A stretch of 64,000 bases of DNA from a virus: positions 1-64,000 of IMG/VR virus record IMGVR_UViG_3300031721_000685. One strand, written 5' to 3'. The position numbers were made by a program, and so were the translations under genes. Position 1 is the stretch's first letter, and each line of letters begins with the position of its first letter. The notes under the pieces were generated by a model. The model made no database searches, had not been told where the DNA came from, and saw nothing but the letters and a program-made list of their open reading frames with translations. Below are positions 47,116 through 56,481 of this stretch, piece after piece.

Positions 47116-47430
47116 CTAAAATCCTATGCTTTCGCCACATCCACAAGTCGATTTTACTTTTGGATTATCAATTACGAAACTTTGTGAAAATAGAGTATAT
47201 TGATAATCCAATGTAGAATCTTGGAGATACATCATACTAAAAGAATCAGTAACAGCACCCTCTCCTATGTCAACATCGTCATCTTGTCTATTTGTCACAT
47301 CAAAAATGTATTTGAATCCAGTGCAACCACCTCCTTGTAGTTCAACACGAAATACTCTATCTTCAGGTTGCGATTGAATACCATTTAGTATCACATCAAT
47401 TTTATCTAGTGCTGTTTGTGTTACAATCAT
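47116..47430 (-). CDS. A-type Fe-S carrier (IscA/ErpA/HesB family)
   Basis: GGGCTGFKY and TCGCGES. Confidence 0.9.
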   Translation of the reverse strand: MIVTQTALDKIDVILNGIQSQPEDRVFRVELQGGGCTGFKYIFDVTNRQDDDVDIGEGAVTDSFSMMYLQDSTLDYQYTLFSQSFVIDNPKVKSTCGCGESIGF

Positions 47431-47493
47431 TGATTTATCTCCAATCTTGACTATTTTTGTATTTAGATTCTAAAAAAGATGTAAGGACCTACA

Positions 47494-47931
47494 TTAGATT
47501 GCCCCAGTTCTAAACTTTTCAAAATTTATCATATTGGTAATCAAAAATCCACGATTGTTAATCGATTTGATGATATTCTCTAACAAGTCCACCTTCTCTG
47601 TTGCATCGCCAATCTTTAGTTTCATTTTGATAATGAAAGAGTCTGCTTCTAGAAGGTCTTTCTGATAACCCTTTGGCGTTCGTTTGAGATTAGGTTCCCA
47701 ACCATATTCTTTCAAGTCTTCTTCTGCCATCGACCCATCATGCCATTCTGTTCTTAACACTTTGAGACGTTTTAAATCTGCTTCCATCTTGCGTTGCACA
47801 CTATGCTCGTATGTATAATATCTGTAATACTTGGCGTGCAACTTAGGTATCTTTCTCGCTTCTTCAGTTAAGTTAGAAGGGTTCATATCAGTATCTTTTT
47901 CCCATTCAACATGAATGTCATCGATGTTCAT
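47494..47931 (-). CDS. uvsY: Recombination mediator
   Basis: IPKLHAKY...INNRGFLITNMI; synteny with uvsW. Confidence 0.85.
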   Translation of the reverse strand: MNIDDIHVEWEKDTDMNPSNLTEEARKIPKLHAKYYRYYTYEHSVQRKMEADLKRLKVLRTEWHDGSMAEEDLKEYGWEPNLKRTPKGYQKDLLEADSFIIKMKLKIGDATEKVDLLENIIKSINNRGFLITNMINFEKFRTGAI

Positions 47932-47934
47932 TAT

Positions 47935-48378
47935 CTAATCTTCCTTTAAAAATCGACTGATATCAAGACTAATCTTACTGTCGATACGGGCTCTCAATTC
48001 CGTTGATGAAAATCTATGTCTACGAGTATTGTAATATAATTCAATGCCATTGGTTTTGCAGAACGTTTTACCAGTGAATAACTTATCCTTATACTCTTCG
48101 CCCAAGATTCGAATGTTGATTGGATATGTCTGAAGAATATCTTCCAAATCACTTTCCCATTCATATGGCACAATTTCGTCTACGTATGATACTGCGCTTA
48201 GTTGTGTATATCTTTCTACAATGGTTTGTACCGGTTTGTCTTTGTTTGCTCTATCGTTTGATGGATCAATTTGTAGACCACAAATAAGATAGTCACAAAC
48301 ACTCGCAGCTTCTCGTAACATCATAATATGACCAGAATGTAACAAGTCAAATGTTGATGCCGTAAATCCCACTTTCAT
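47935..48378 (-). CDS. TagD-like glycerol-3-phosphate cytidylyltransferase
   Basis: FDLLHSGH, YVDEIVPY, FSSTELR. Confidence 0.85.
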   Translation of the reverse strand: MKVGFTASTFDLLHSGHIMMLREAASVCDYLICGLQIDPSNDRANKDKPVQTIVERYTQLSAVSYVDEIVPYEWESDLEDILQTYPINIRILGEEYKDKLFTGKTFCKTNGIELYYNTRRHRFSSTELRARIDSKISLDISRFLKED

Positions 48379-49078
48379 CTTGTAAAATCTCCCATGTATG
48401 TTTCCAACCATTTACTTGGTGTGTATACCCCATTTGGTTGTCTTCAATCGCTTTTGCTAGTGGATAGTCGTTTCCACCCTTATATGTAGTGTCGCCAAAG
48501 AATACGAGTTTGTCTTCAGTGCTGTCGAAATCTTTTACTATCTGACCCTTATCTTTACCTTTCTCAGTAATATCCATACCAATATCACCAGCAACTTGAA
48601 ATTGATATTGCGTAAATTCTTGTGATAACTCTTCGGCAATTCGATTTCGTTCTTTGTGTACCAAATCGAATTTAACGTATTCTAATCTCTGTTCAGGATT
48701 GGCGTTCCTGCCAACTGTAGAGAAGTTGATAAGTCCCATGCGGTGTTCAATGTGATTGCCTGTTTTGGTCAGATGTTTGCTCTGCGCAGATTTCTCTTTG
48801 AGAGACTTTAATAATTCTATAGATACTTTCATTTTATTCTGACTGACAACCCTGTCGCCTTCCCATACTTCATTACCTGAGCAGTTGTATACTCTCTTAG
48901 CAGCAAAATATGTGGGAATACCTATTTGTTCGATTGTTTTGACTCTATCTGAGCCAGTAACTAGATACACGCTATTTTTATTAGAGAAATTAAAGAACCA
49001 GGTTTGAAAATCCTGATCCATCAAACTTCTGCTTGGTGTTAATGTACCATCAACGTCAAACACATAATGTAATATCAT
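48347..49078 (-). CDS. HAD-IIB phosphomannomutase-like protein
   Basis: FDVDGTLT, VTGSD, INFSTVGRNA, FFGD...GGNDY. Confidence 0.85.
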   Translation of the reverse strand: MILHYVFDVDGTLTPSRSLMDQDFQTWFFNFSNKNSVYLVTGSDRVKTIEQIGIPTYFAAKRVYNCSGNEVWEGDRVVSQNKMKVSIELLKSLKEKSAQSKHLTKTGNHIEHRMGLINFSTVGRNANPEQRLEYVKFDLVHKERNRIAEELSQEFTQYQFQVAGDIGMDITEKGKDKGQIVKDFDSTEDKLVFFGDTTYKGGNDYPLAKAIEDNQMGYTHQVNGWKHTWEILQDESGIYGINI

Positions 49079-49100
49079 AGTACTCTCCATACTTCATTAT

Positions 49101-49129
49101 ATTATACATCATATATTGGTTATTGTAAA
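49101..49129 (-). promoter_or_regulatory. Sigma70-like promoter
   Basis: TTTACA-17bp-TATAAT. Confidence 0.7.
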
Positions 49130-49606
49130 CCTTTTATATTTGAAACTTACTGTGGCTTCAGAATAAACTACATCCACTGCCTTTACGTCCAACGCAATTT
49201 CAGAGAGACTTGCTGGCATGAGGTCTTCAAAATTTATTTCAATATTAGAATTTTTTGTAGAGTTCAAAATCGTGAGTGTCGCATCTGAAAAAATGCCTGA
49301 ATTGTCGCCATCTTCTCTCGTAACTAGATTTTTATGCTGTGTGAAATTATCCGGAAACGCTATACCAATCAACCAATCATGCATCTCTAGGTAGTTAGTC
49401 ATATTTTCATCAACCCGAAATGTGATGCTAAAATCGCCATATTCTAATTTATCTGGGCTGAACGAGAGATTCGAGAATGGAGTAGCTACCGTGGCAAAAC
49501 CAGCAGTCAGTGACGGAACTGAAGCCGATTGTATATAATATTCAATATTAGGCGCTCTTTGCAGAACGAATCTGAACCCTATCGGTGAAAGGAAGTTTTG
49601 AGCCAT
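49109..49606 (-). CDS. gp3: Tail completion/sheath stabiliser
   Basis: NFLSPIGFRF, FRVDENMTNY, SDATLTIL. Confidence 0.85.
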   Translation of the reverse strand: MAQNFLSPIGFRFVLQRAPNIEYYIQSASVPSLTAGFATVATPFSNLSFSPDKLEYGDFSITFRVDENMTNYLEMHDWLIGIAFPDNFTQHKNLVTREDGDNSGIFSDATLTILNSTKNSNIEINFEDLMPASLSEIALDVKAVDVVYSEATVSFKYKRFTITNI

Positions 49607-49673
49607 GTTTGCTCCATATTTTTTCAAAAATTAAAAAAAAGCGCTAGACATTTGATGAGAAGCACTTATATTA

Positions 49674-49681
49674 TATTTATA
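49674..49681 (-). promoter_or_regulatory. T4-type late promoter
   Basis: TATAAATA upstream of gp3. Confidence 0.75.
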
Positions 49682-49689
49682 TGATAAAG

Positions 49690-49714
49690 AGAGTCGTACG
49701 ACTCTAGAGTCGTA
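49690..49714. repeat. Two interlocked perfect palindromes
   Basis: AGAGTCGTACGACTCT (49690-49705) and TACGACTCTAGAGTCGTA (49697-49714). Confidence 0.9.
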
Positions 49715-49724
49715 TTTGATGCGC

Positions 49725-49755
49725 AAAAAAAGGGAGAGCCGAAGCTCTCCCTTTT
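49725..49755 (-). terminator. Intrinsic terminator after gp23 (possibly bidirectional)
   Basis: AAAAGGGAGAGC-TTCG-GCTCTCCCTTTTTTT. Confidence 0.9.
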
Positions 49756-49788
49756 CAGTCTTTTGGTAGGTTAACCCTACTCTTGGTA

Positions 49789-51075
49789 TTACATGATGTT
49801 AGTGATTGCAACTCGGCGATAGTATGTGTTTTGATCGCCAGCAGCAGGACTTGTGTTGTCGATAGCGCCTGCACCATTTGAGGTAGCAAATGGGTTAGCA
49901 ACCATGCCGTAACGAGTCTTGAAGCCAATCTTAGGTTGGAAGCTACTCTCACCAACCGCACGAACCATTTGCAATGGAACATATGGGCAGTAGAAGATGC
50001 CAGCATCGAATGCGCTAGAACCCTTGTAGCCAACAATCATGTAGTTAGCGCCTGCATATGGGTCGATGTAGACTTTCATGCGGCCATTAATGACACCAGC
50101 GAATGTGTTGCCTGTGTCATCTACATTTAGCTTAGATGCGAGAGCAGGAGCATAGTCGAGGACGCCTGCCATCTGAAGTGCAGAAGCAACATCAGAAGAA
50201 CAAACAACAACGTTGCCTTTACCACGACGGGTCTGCTTTGCGATTTCATTAGCTTCACGTTCAATCTGGAACATGAGACCTTTGAACTTTTCAACACTCC
50301 AACGACCGTTAGCATCAACGTCTAGGTTGAATGTACCAGCAGCAGCGGTGTTTGTTTGAGCGCCAGCTTTGGCTGTGTGATAGATTGTGCGAACAACTTC
50401 ACGATTGATTTCTGCAAGAATTTCAGCAGAAAGAATGTTAGCAAGTTCTGTTTCAGCGTCAAGACCATGAATAGCCTTTAAATCTTGTGCTAGTTCAGTA
50501 GTGTACTCTGCTTTGAGCGCACGAGACTTGGCAGTAACAGTAACCTTGTCGATTTCGAAGCCCATCTGAGCATAAGCAGCTTCAGCTTCCATTGTAGCCG
50601 TAGCAACACCAACACCAGTCGTTTCGGATCCAGCACCGAGAGCATTAGCGTGTGTACCTGCGCCAGAGAAGTCTGTGTCAGCTTCGCTGTGCAGCGCTTC
50701 AGTTGTAACAGTTGTCGTGTTAGCATACATGGACTTCATGGCAAAGATAAGCCCAGAAGGACCGGTCATTGGCTGAACACCACAAATGTCATATGCCATC
50801 AAATTAGGCATAGAACGACGAACGAGGCTAATCAACACAGGATCGTAAGTGTCGGTAGAAGCAACGCCACCAGAAGCGCCATCACCAATAGAGTTGGCAG
50901 GTGCGGCTTCCATCAGTAGGCTATTAGGTGACCAAGCAGCGCTTTCTCTTAGAGCCTTTTCGGTGTTCTCTAGGACAATAGCAGTAACTGCTCTTTTGTG
51001 ATTATCTGTGATAGCTTCGAGGTCTGGATGCTCCAGAATAGGACGCCATTTGTTGTTTAGTTCTTCATTTAACAT
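49789..51075 (-). CDS. gp23: Major capsid protein
   Basis: CGVQPMTGPSGLIFAM, SRALKAEYT.ELAQDLKAIHGLDAE, FYCPYVPL, GFKTRYG. Confidence 0.98.
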   Translation of the reverse strand: MLNEELNNKWRPILEHPDLEAITDNHKRAVTAIVLENTEKALRESAAWSPNSLLMEAAPANSIGDGASGGVASTDTYDPVLISLVRRSMPNLMAYDICGVQPMTGPSGLIFAMKSMYANTTTVTTEALHSEADTDFSGAGTHANALGAGSETTGVGVATATMEAEAAYAQMGFEIDKVTVTAKSRALKAEYTTELAQDLKAIHGLDAETELANILSAEILAEINREVVRTIYHTAKAGAQTNTAAAGTFNLDVDANGRWSVEKFKGLMFQIEREANEIAKQTRRGKGNVVVCSSDVASALQMAGVLDYAPALASKLNVDDTGNTFAGVINGRMKVYIDPYAGANYMIVGYKGSSAFDAGIFYCPYVPLQMVRAVGESSFQPKIGFKTRYGMVANPFATSNGAGAIDNTSPAAGDQNTYYRRVAITNIM

Positions 51076-51113
51076 TTTAGAAGATTCTCCTTAACTAAGA
51101 ATATTTATTTAAC

Positions 51114-51121
51114 TATTTATA
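51114..51121 (-). promoter_or_regulatory. T4-type late promoter
   Basis: TATAAATA upstream of gp23. Confidence 0.8.
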
Positions 51122-52018
51122 CTATTTGATATTTCTGAAAGTCTTGCTGATGGATTTAGCATAGAGAGCCATCTGAGGGTCAACATACTTCGCATCTGAT
51201 TCCTCATTTACTGGATCTAATTCGTCCGTCTCTTCAACAATTGCTGATTTGCCAAAATAGTTTTCTTTGATGATTTCAACTTTACGACTGTAATCATCAA
51301 GGTCTACATATTCTAGGCCTTCGGTGAGCGAACGCAGCTTTTCAGTCTGTGTATCTGCTAGTCCTTCTGAAAGAACATCGAATACGTCCGACTTCTTAGC
51401 TTCATCAAGCTCTTTGGAAACCTCAATGTTTGTATCAAGCTGTTCGTTGAGGCTCTTTTCAAGCTCTTCGATCTTCTGTGCCATTTCAGCGACCAGATCG
51501 ACTTCTTCGTCAGGAACATCAATATGATGCTCTGAGAAAAGTTCTTTAAGACCAGAGATGAACGACTCTGCAATATCAGAGCGAATTCCACTCTCCACTG
51601 CAAGTTCGTTTGCTTCCATCCACTGCTCTGACACGTAATCTAGATATGAGTCAACCTTCTTAGTGAGGTCTTCTGTAGCTAGTTCTACTTGCTCATCTAG
51701 TTTGAAATTAAATTCTTCTTCTAAACGAGAAACTTCTGCATTAACTTTTTCTAAAACAACTGCCTCAAAGAGAACAGCAGCCTTTTCTTTAAAATCTTCT
51801 GATAGTTCTTCACCACCAAAAATTTCTTCTACTGCTTCGCTCATAGAGTTATCGGCACCTATTTTTGTTTCGCTATCAGATACCGTATCATCGGAATCAT
51901 CAGCAATTACTTCATCAGCTTTACGCTTCTTGACACTAACTGCGGCCGATTCCATTACTTCGGAATCACTTGCAGATGCCTTCAACTCGTCTAACTGATC
52001 AATTTCTTGATCTGACAT
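51122..52018 (-). CDS. gp22: Prohead core scaffold
   Basis: LSEDFKEKAAVLFEA, VDSYLDYV..QWMEAN; synteny. Confidence 0.9.
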   Translation of the reverse strand: MSDQEIDQLDELKASASDSEVMESAAVSVKKRKADEVIADDSDDTVSDSETKIGADNSMSEAVEEIFGGEELSEDFKEKAAVLFEAVVLEKVNAEVSRLEEEFNFKLDEQVELATEDLTKKVDSYLDYVSEQWMEANELAVESGIRSDIAESFISGLKELFSEHHIDVPDEEVDLVAEMAQKIEELEKSLNEQLDTNIEVSKELDEAKKSDVFDVLSEGLADTQTEKLRSLTEGLEYVDLDDYSRKVEIIKENYFGKSAIVEETDELDPVNEESDAKYVDPQMALYAKSISKTFRNIK

Positions 52019-52053
52019 ATGTTGTCTCCTTCGAGTTTATTAGTTATTTAGTT

Positions 52054-52061
52054 TATTTATA
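52054..52061 (-). promoter_or_regulatory. T4-type late promoter
   Basis: TATAAATA upstream of gp22. Confidence 0.8.
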
Positions 52062-52068
52062 AAAAATG

Positions 52069-52737
52069 TTATTTTGAAATATTATTCAAGAATTTTGCAA
52101 ATATTTTGAACTTTTGTTCTTCGAGTTTACGAGGAGAGAGTTTTTTAGTCTCTGCTACAATCTGTTCAACCATTTGTTCACGCATCCAGTTACCAGAAGC
52201 GATATCATAAAACCATTCTGACCCTTCCATAATACCCTTTACGAAAGCATCAGGAGCAGATGGGTCAGCGACGATATCGCCAGCAGTAGCGAGCATGAAA
52301 TCGCCCTGTACTTCCATAATACCTTTCCCTGTTTGCTTAATTGACCCCATGCCACGAGATGATACGCCAAGTGTTGCACCTTCGTCCATAAGATTCTTTA
52401 CTACCTTACCCATTGGAGTATCCATAATCTTTGCTTTACCAACAAAGTTTGAGCCCTCTTGATGTAAGTCAGTAATCATATGTGACACTCGCTCAAGGTT
52501 GATGGTTGGTCCATCAGGATGTCCGAGTTCACCAAAAGCTCTTTTTTTCTCTACAAATTCTTTATTATATCTCTTCACTTCTTTCGCAATAACTTCAGAA
52601 GGATAGACACGCCCATTACGATTTTTGAGGTCGCCTTGCATGAAGACGCCTTCAATGAAATAGTTTTTTGGCTTACCTTCTTCGGCAGCTTCTGTGATGT
52701 ATTTAACATCATCGTTTATTTCGCAGATTAATTTCAT
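52069..52737 (-). CDS. gp21: Prohead protease
   Basis: NRNGRVY, GELGHP, GVSSRGMGS, DIVADPSAPDA. Confidence 0.95.
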   Translation of the reverse strand: MKLICEINDDVKYITEAAEEGKPKNYFIEGVFMQGDLKNRNGRVYPSEVIAKEVKRYNKEFVEKKRAFGELGHPDGPTINLERVSHMITDLHQEGSNFVGKAKIMDTPMGKVVKNLMDEGATLGVSSRGMGSIKQTGKGIMEVQGDFMLATAGDIVADPSAPDAFVKGIMEGSEWFYDIASGNWMREQMVEQIVAETKKLSPRKLEEQKFKIFAKFLNNISK

Positions 52738-52746
52738 TGTCCTACC

Positions 52747-53037
52747 CTAACCGTTAGAAACTGGTGTTCTGAAAACGTGGTCGCAAGCGGCATTTAAACT
52801 AACGTAAACTTCGCCATCGCCCGCAGCACCGCTTCTAAGTTCACCAATGTCGATAAGTACGACATGCCCCGGTCCTACTGTAATCATAGTAGAAACCGCT
52901 GAAGAGGTTGTTCCAAATGAAACATTAGCAATGACTGTTGTATTACTATTGTAAATTCTTTGAAATCTACCATCTGTGATTTCAGCATGAGTAGCTGTGA
53001 CTGCTACTGTATTTGCTATAAGTTTGATTGCTGGCAT
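52747..53037 (-). CDS. Hypothetical protein in the head cluster
   Basis: 96 aa, GGAG RBS. Confidence 0.65.
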   Translation of the reverse strand: MPAIKLIANTVAVTATHAEITDGRFQRIYNSNTTVIANVSFGTTSSAVSTMITVGPGHVVLIDIGELRSGAAGDGEVYVSLNAACDHVFRTPVSNG

Positions 53038-53048
53038 ATTTATCTCCC

Positions 53049-54563
53049 TTACATTGCTTGCTTGGCAAAGGCAAGAATCTCACTATTAGATTTCTTGTCT
53101 TGCATAAACTTAGCGAGCATTGTCTTTGTGTTTGCAGGGTTCAACGACTTATATAGATTATTGAGCGCTGCTGCATCATCTTTAGAAACCTTTACCGTAC
53201 TACCATCTTTAAGTTTCATGTCGGTAGCGCTGAAATTAACTGCTTCATCAAGGTCAACGGATTCGTATACTTCGTATGTCTTACCAGCAACTACGAAAGT
53301 TTTATCACCCTTTTCTTTAGCTGCTTTTAGCGCCATTCCAAATGCGTTACCTTCCTTCATCATCTTATTAATCTCAGCACCCTTCATGTTGTGCTTCGTA
53401 ATAAGTTTTGTAACTGCACTTTGAGTTACAAAAGGAATGTCCGCTTTTACCAACTTAATAAGCATCGCTTTATTGTCAGCAAACTTATTCATAATGGCAG
53501 ATAGCTTCTTAGCGTTATCTAAACTGATTTTCTTATCACGCATTGGCTCATATGCTTTTTTGAGTTTAGCAATACCTGCTGCGCTTTCCTCTAACTCTTC
53601 ATTTGGGCCATAGCCTTTAGGAGTTACATCTTTAGTGCGTGACGCAACATCTTTTTTTGATTTACCCTTTGCCATTCTTTTAGCAGCATCTGGGTTTAAA
53701 TTACCTTTCTTATCAAGAAACTTTGCAAGATGAGGCGGCAACCCATTTGATGCTTCATCAAGGTCAACTTCTTCAATTACATTTTTAGGAAACGATTTTT
53801 CAATATATTTCACTACATCTTGAGTAGACCTACTATCCATTTTTGCAACAATCTTAAACTTACTACCAGATTTAGATGCAATTGTTTGGCCGCCCATTCC
53901 AGTTTTCTCTAACTTCTTTCCATCAGTTGATAACATTTTACCATTCATAGATTTACCACTATAGAACGCATCTACAACTTGTTTATCTTTTGGATTTAAT
54001 GCTTCATCAAGGTCAACTTCTTCTGGAACATATTCATTCTTCTGCATCATTTTCATTGCCCCAGTTGCAAGTTTGACAATAGGAAGTTTTTCCATCTTCT
54101 TCTTGGTTGCGTCATTTACCTTGTCATAGATTTGCGAAATAGCAGATGCAGTGAAAGAATCGACCATAACACCATCAATCTTTGCAGCAGATTTCTTGGA
54201 GGCAATCTCTTTTACCTTGTCGATAACACTCTCATTACAAATTTGTTTTGCAAACATTACGGCTTTCCAGCTTTCGCCATAAGTAGCTCGTAATGATTCT
54301 TCATTCATTTCGCATTCACAATCTTCACATCCACAGTTTTCACATTTACACTTAGTAATATTTTCTTCATAAACCGCAGCGTCTTTACCTTCTTCACTAT
54401 CAGCAATACGTTTCTTCTTACCAGGAGACTTTTTTGTACCCTTTAAAGTTTCTGCATCGTTTAGCGGATGGTCAACGATACCAACGACGTGCTTGTCTTT
54501 GAAACGTTTTTCGCCAGCAGCTTTTGGCTCCAGCAGTTCTTGTAAATCTTTAAAGGATAGCAT
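53049..54563 (-). CDS. Modular prohead core/internal polyprotein (gp68 position)
   Basis: MLSFKDLQELLE start; basic modules separated by VDLDEA/EELEES linkers. Confidence 0.7.
   Translation of the reverse strand: MLSFKDLQELLEPKAAGEKRFKDKHVVGIVDHPLNDAETLKGTKKSPGKKKRIADSEEGKDAAVYEENITKCKCENCGCEDCECEMNEESLRATYGESWKAVMFAKQICNESVIDKVKEIASKKSAAKIDGVMVDSFTASAISQIYDKVNDATKKKMEKLPIVKLATGAMKMMQKNEYVPEEVDLDEALNPKDKQVVDAFYSGKSMNGKMLSTDGKKLEKTGMGGQTIASKSGSKFKIVAKMDSRSTQDVVKYIEKSFPKNVIEEVDLDEASNGLPPHLAKFLDKKGNLNPDAAKRMAKGKSKKDVASRTKDVTPKGYGPNEELEESAAGIAKLKKAYEPMRDKKISLDNAKKLSAIMNKFADNKAMLIKLVKADIPFVTQSAVTKLITKHNMKGAEINKMMKEGNAFGMALKAAKEKGDKTFVVAGKTYEVYESVDLDEAVNFSATDMKLKDGSTVKVSKDDAAALNNLYKSLNPANTKTMLAKFMQDKKSNSEILAFAKQAM
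53241..54023. repeat. Exact direct repeats encoding (EE)VDLDEA
   Basis: 25-bp ATGCTTCATCAAGGTCAACTTCTTC at 53750-53774 and 53999-54023; 18-bp core also at 53241-53258. Confidence 0.9.
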
Positions 54564-54588
54564 TTGTGAGTTCCTTATAATTTGTTTT

Positions 54589-54816
54589 TTAGTATTCTGT
54601 GCTGTCAACGTCTGGTTCATCGTCGAGATCAACGTTTAAATCAAAGTCGTCCTCTTCGGCACCATTCATCATCTGCTGTGCAATATCTTCTCTTTTAGCA
54701 TCGATAGCAGCACTAATCTTGTCCTGCATTATGTCTTGAAATGCGGTTTGAAAATCGTTTGGTTGATTTTCGTGAGCGTGTTTCAACAAATCTACTATAT
54801 TATTTTCTACCATCAT
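54589..54816 (-). CDS. Small acidic prohead core protein (gp67-like)
   Basis: Follows the portal gene; acidic tail. Confidence 0.6.
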   Translation of the reverse strand: MMVENNIVDLLKHAHENQPNDFQTAFQDIMQDKISAAIDAKREDIAQQMMNGAEEDDFDLNVDLDDEPDVDSTEY

Positions 54817-54828
54817 ACCAACTCCATA

Positions 54829-54836
54829 TATTTATA
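54829..54836 (-). promoter_or_regulatory. T4-type late promoter
   Basis: TATAAATA. Confidence 0.7.
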
Positions 54837-54840
54837 TCAA

Positions 54841-56412
54841 TTAAGATTGTTCTGTTTCATCATTTGGTTCTGCTTCGACGCTCTGGTCATCATCTTCTTC
54901 ACCTTCATCATCAAGGTCATCATCACCATTTGCTTTTGCTTCAATAGCAATTTGCTCATCAATGTCTTTTATATCGTCTTCTGATTGTTGAAGTACGTTC
55001 ATACGAACCCATTTTTCAGAGTAGTATTTACCAGTATATTCGTCAATATCAGCAACAATCTGTAGTCTATTTTGTAGTATTTCAGCCTGTTTCAATTCTT
55101 CAAAATGATTATCGTGCATAAAGTCGAAGCGAATAGCCGATTTAATCTTAGGCCAATCTTCTGGTGCAATCACACCTTTCAGAATTAATTGCTTCTCAAG
55201 AATTTTATTGAATAGAATAGAGAATCGATTTCGTAGTCGATTGATGAACTTAGAAAACTTCACTTCATCTCTCGTGATTTCAGAAGCTCTACCGAGAGCA
55301 AACCCACTCTCCGTTTCAAGCCTTGAAATAGGCACGTTCAGCGATTGAAACACTCTCTTTTGAAAATATAAAATATCGTCCATTTCACCAAGATTTTGAC
55401 CACCTGGAAGAGTTGTGATTTCTGTACCTTTACCACCTTCTCTTCTTGGAAGCCAGAAGTCTTCCATCATCGTCATGAACTTACGGTCATCACGAACTTC
55501 GCCAGTAGTCGCATCATAAACGAGTCTGTTCTTATGTTTTGCCATCATATCTCTTAGATATTGCTCTGCCTTCATCTTAGGTAGATTACCAACATCAATA
55601 TAGAAAATACGGCGCTCTGGCGCACGAGAAATACGATAGATAACAGCAGCATCTTCAAGCATTCTCAATTGATTCATAGGCTTGATTGCCTTATGAAGAT
55701 GAGAGAGAACGAGCGAGTTGTTTTCGTTTAAAATGCCAGATGTGGTGTGAACAATAGAATCTTTAGAAATTTTAAGACCCTTCGTGCCATCCATTCCACC
55801 AGCAGAACCGATAGAAGCTGTCTGTGCAGAAAATCCCTTGTCACTAAAGATATAGTATTCATTCTTCGTTTTTTGTATTACTGTTTCGCCTTCACGCTTC
55901 TTCTCAACTTCTTTTATCTTACGAATCTTTCTTGGATCAATAAAACGTAACTCTTTAATGCCTTCACGAACATTATTTTCGTCAATGATTGCATGATAGT
56001 AGAGCCTACCATCAACATACCATTTTTGAAAAACATCGTAGCCGACATTGGAAAAATCTAACAGGCGAATAACTTCGTCAAACTCTTCACGAATTCTTTT
56101 TTTAATCGAATCTGGTTGGTCTAAGTCGTCTGTAACGCACTCGACAACTTTTTTGTTATCAGTTACAACAACTGCTTCATTTACAATATCTTCAACTGCT
56201 TTTTGAACTTCGGGTTGTTGAACCATATTGCGATATTTTGTGACAAGCTCTGCTTCGTTTTTAGCGCCACCTTCTAAATCAACATATGTGCCATAAGCAC
56301 CACCAGCAGCTACAACTAAAGAACCTTCGTCATCTGTTGCGGGAGCAAATGACTTAATGTCTTTTGTATTATCACTTTTTCTTTTAATTTCAAAACCGAA
56401 CAGATTTGCCAT
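54841..56412 (-). CDS. gp20: Portal protein
   Basis: WYVDGR, YRISRAPERRIFYIDVGNLP, EDFWLPRREGGKGTEI. Confidence 0.97.
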   Translation of the reverse strand: MANLFGFEIKRKSDNTKDIKSFAPATDDEGSLVVAAGGAYGTYVDLEGGAKNEAELVTKYRNMVQQPEVQKAVEDIVNEAVVVTDNKKVVECVTDDLDQPDSIKKRIREEFDEVIRLLDFSNVGYDVFQKWYVDGRLYYHAIIDENNVREGIKELRFIDPRKIRKIKEVEKKREGETVIQKTKNEYYIFSDKGFSAQTASIGSAGGMDGTKGLKISKDSIVHTTSGILNENNSLVLSHLHKAIKPMNQLRMLEDAAVIYRISRAPERRIFYIDVGNLPKMKAEQYLRDMMAKHKNRLVYDATTGEVRDDRKFMTMMEDFWLPRREGGKGTEITTLPGGQNLGEMDDILYFQKRVFQSLNVPISRLETESGFALGRASEITRDEVKFSKFINRLRNRFSILFNKILEKQLILKGVIAPEDWPKIKSAIRFDFMHDNHFEELKQAEILQNRLQIVADIDEYTGKYYSEKWVRMNVLQQSEDDIKDIDEQIAIEAKANGDDDLDDEGEEDDDQSVEAEPNDETEQS

Positions 56413-56473
56413 ACTGATATTATACCCCTATAGATTGGAGGGGACCGAAAATGTCAGTCCCCTCATACAAATC

Positions 56474-56481
56474 TATTTATA
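56474..56481 (-). promoter_or_regulatory. T4-type late promoter followed by a leader hairpin
   Basis: TATAAATA; GAGGGGAC/GTCCCCTC stem at about 56438-56464. Confidence 0.7.

Noticed and set aside
53241-54023. Repeats as a mini-CRISPR array
   Set aside because: Spacers are 224 to about 490 bp, in frame within a CDS, and no cas genes are present
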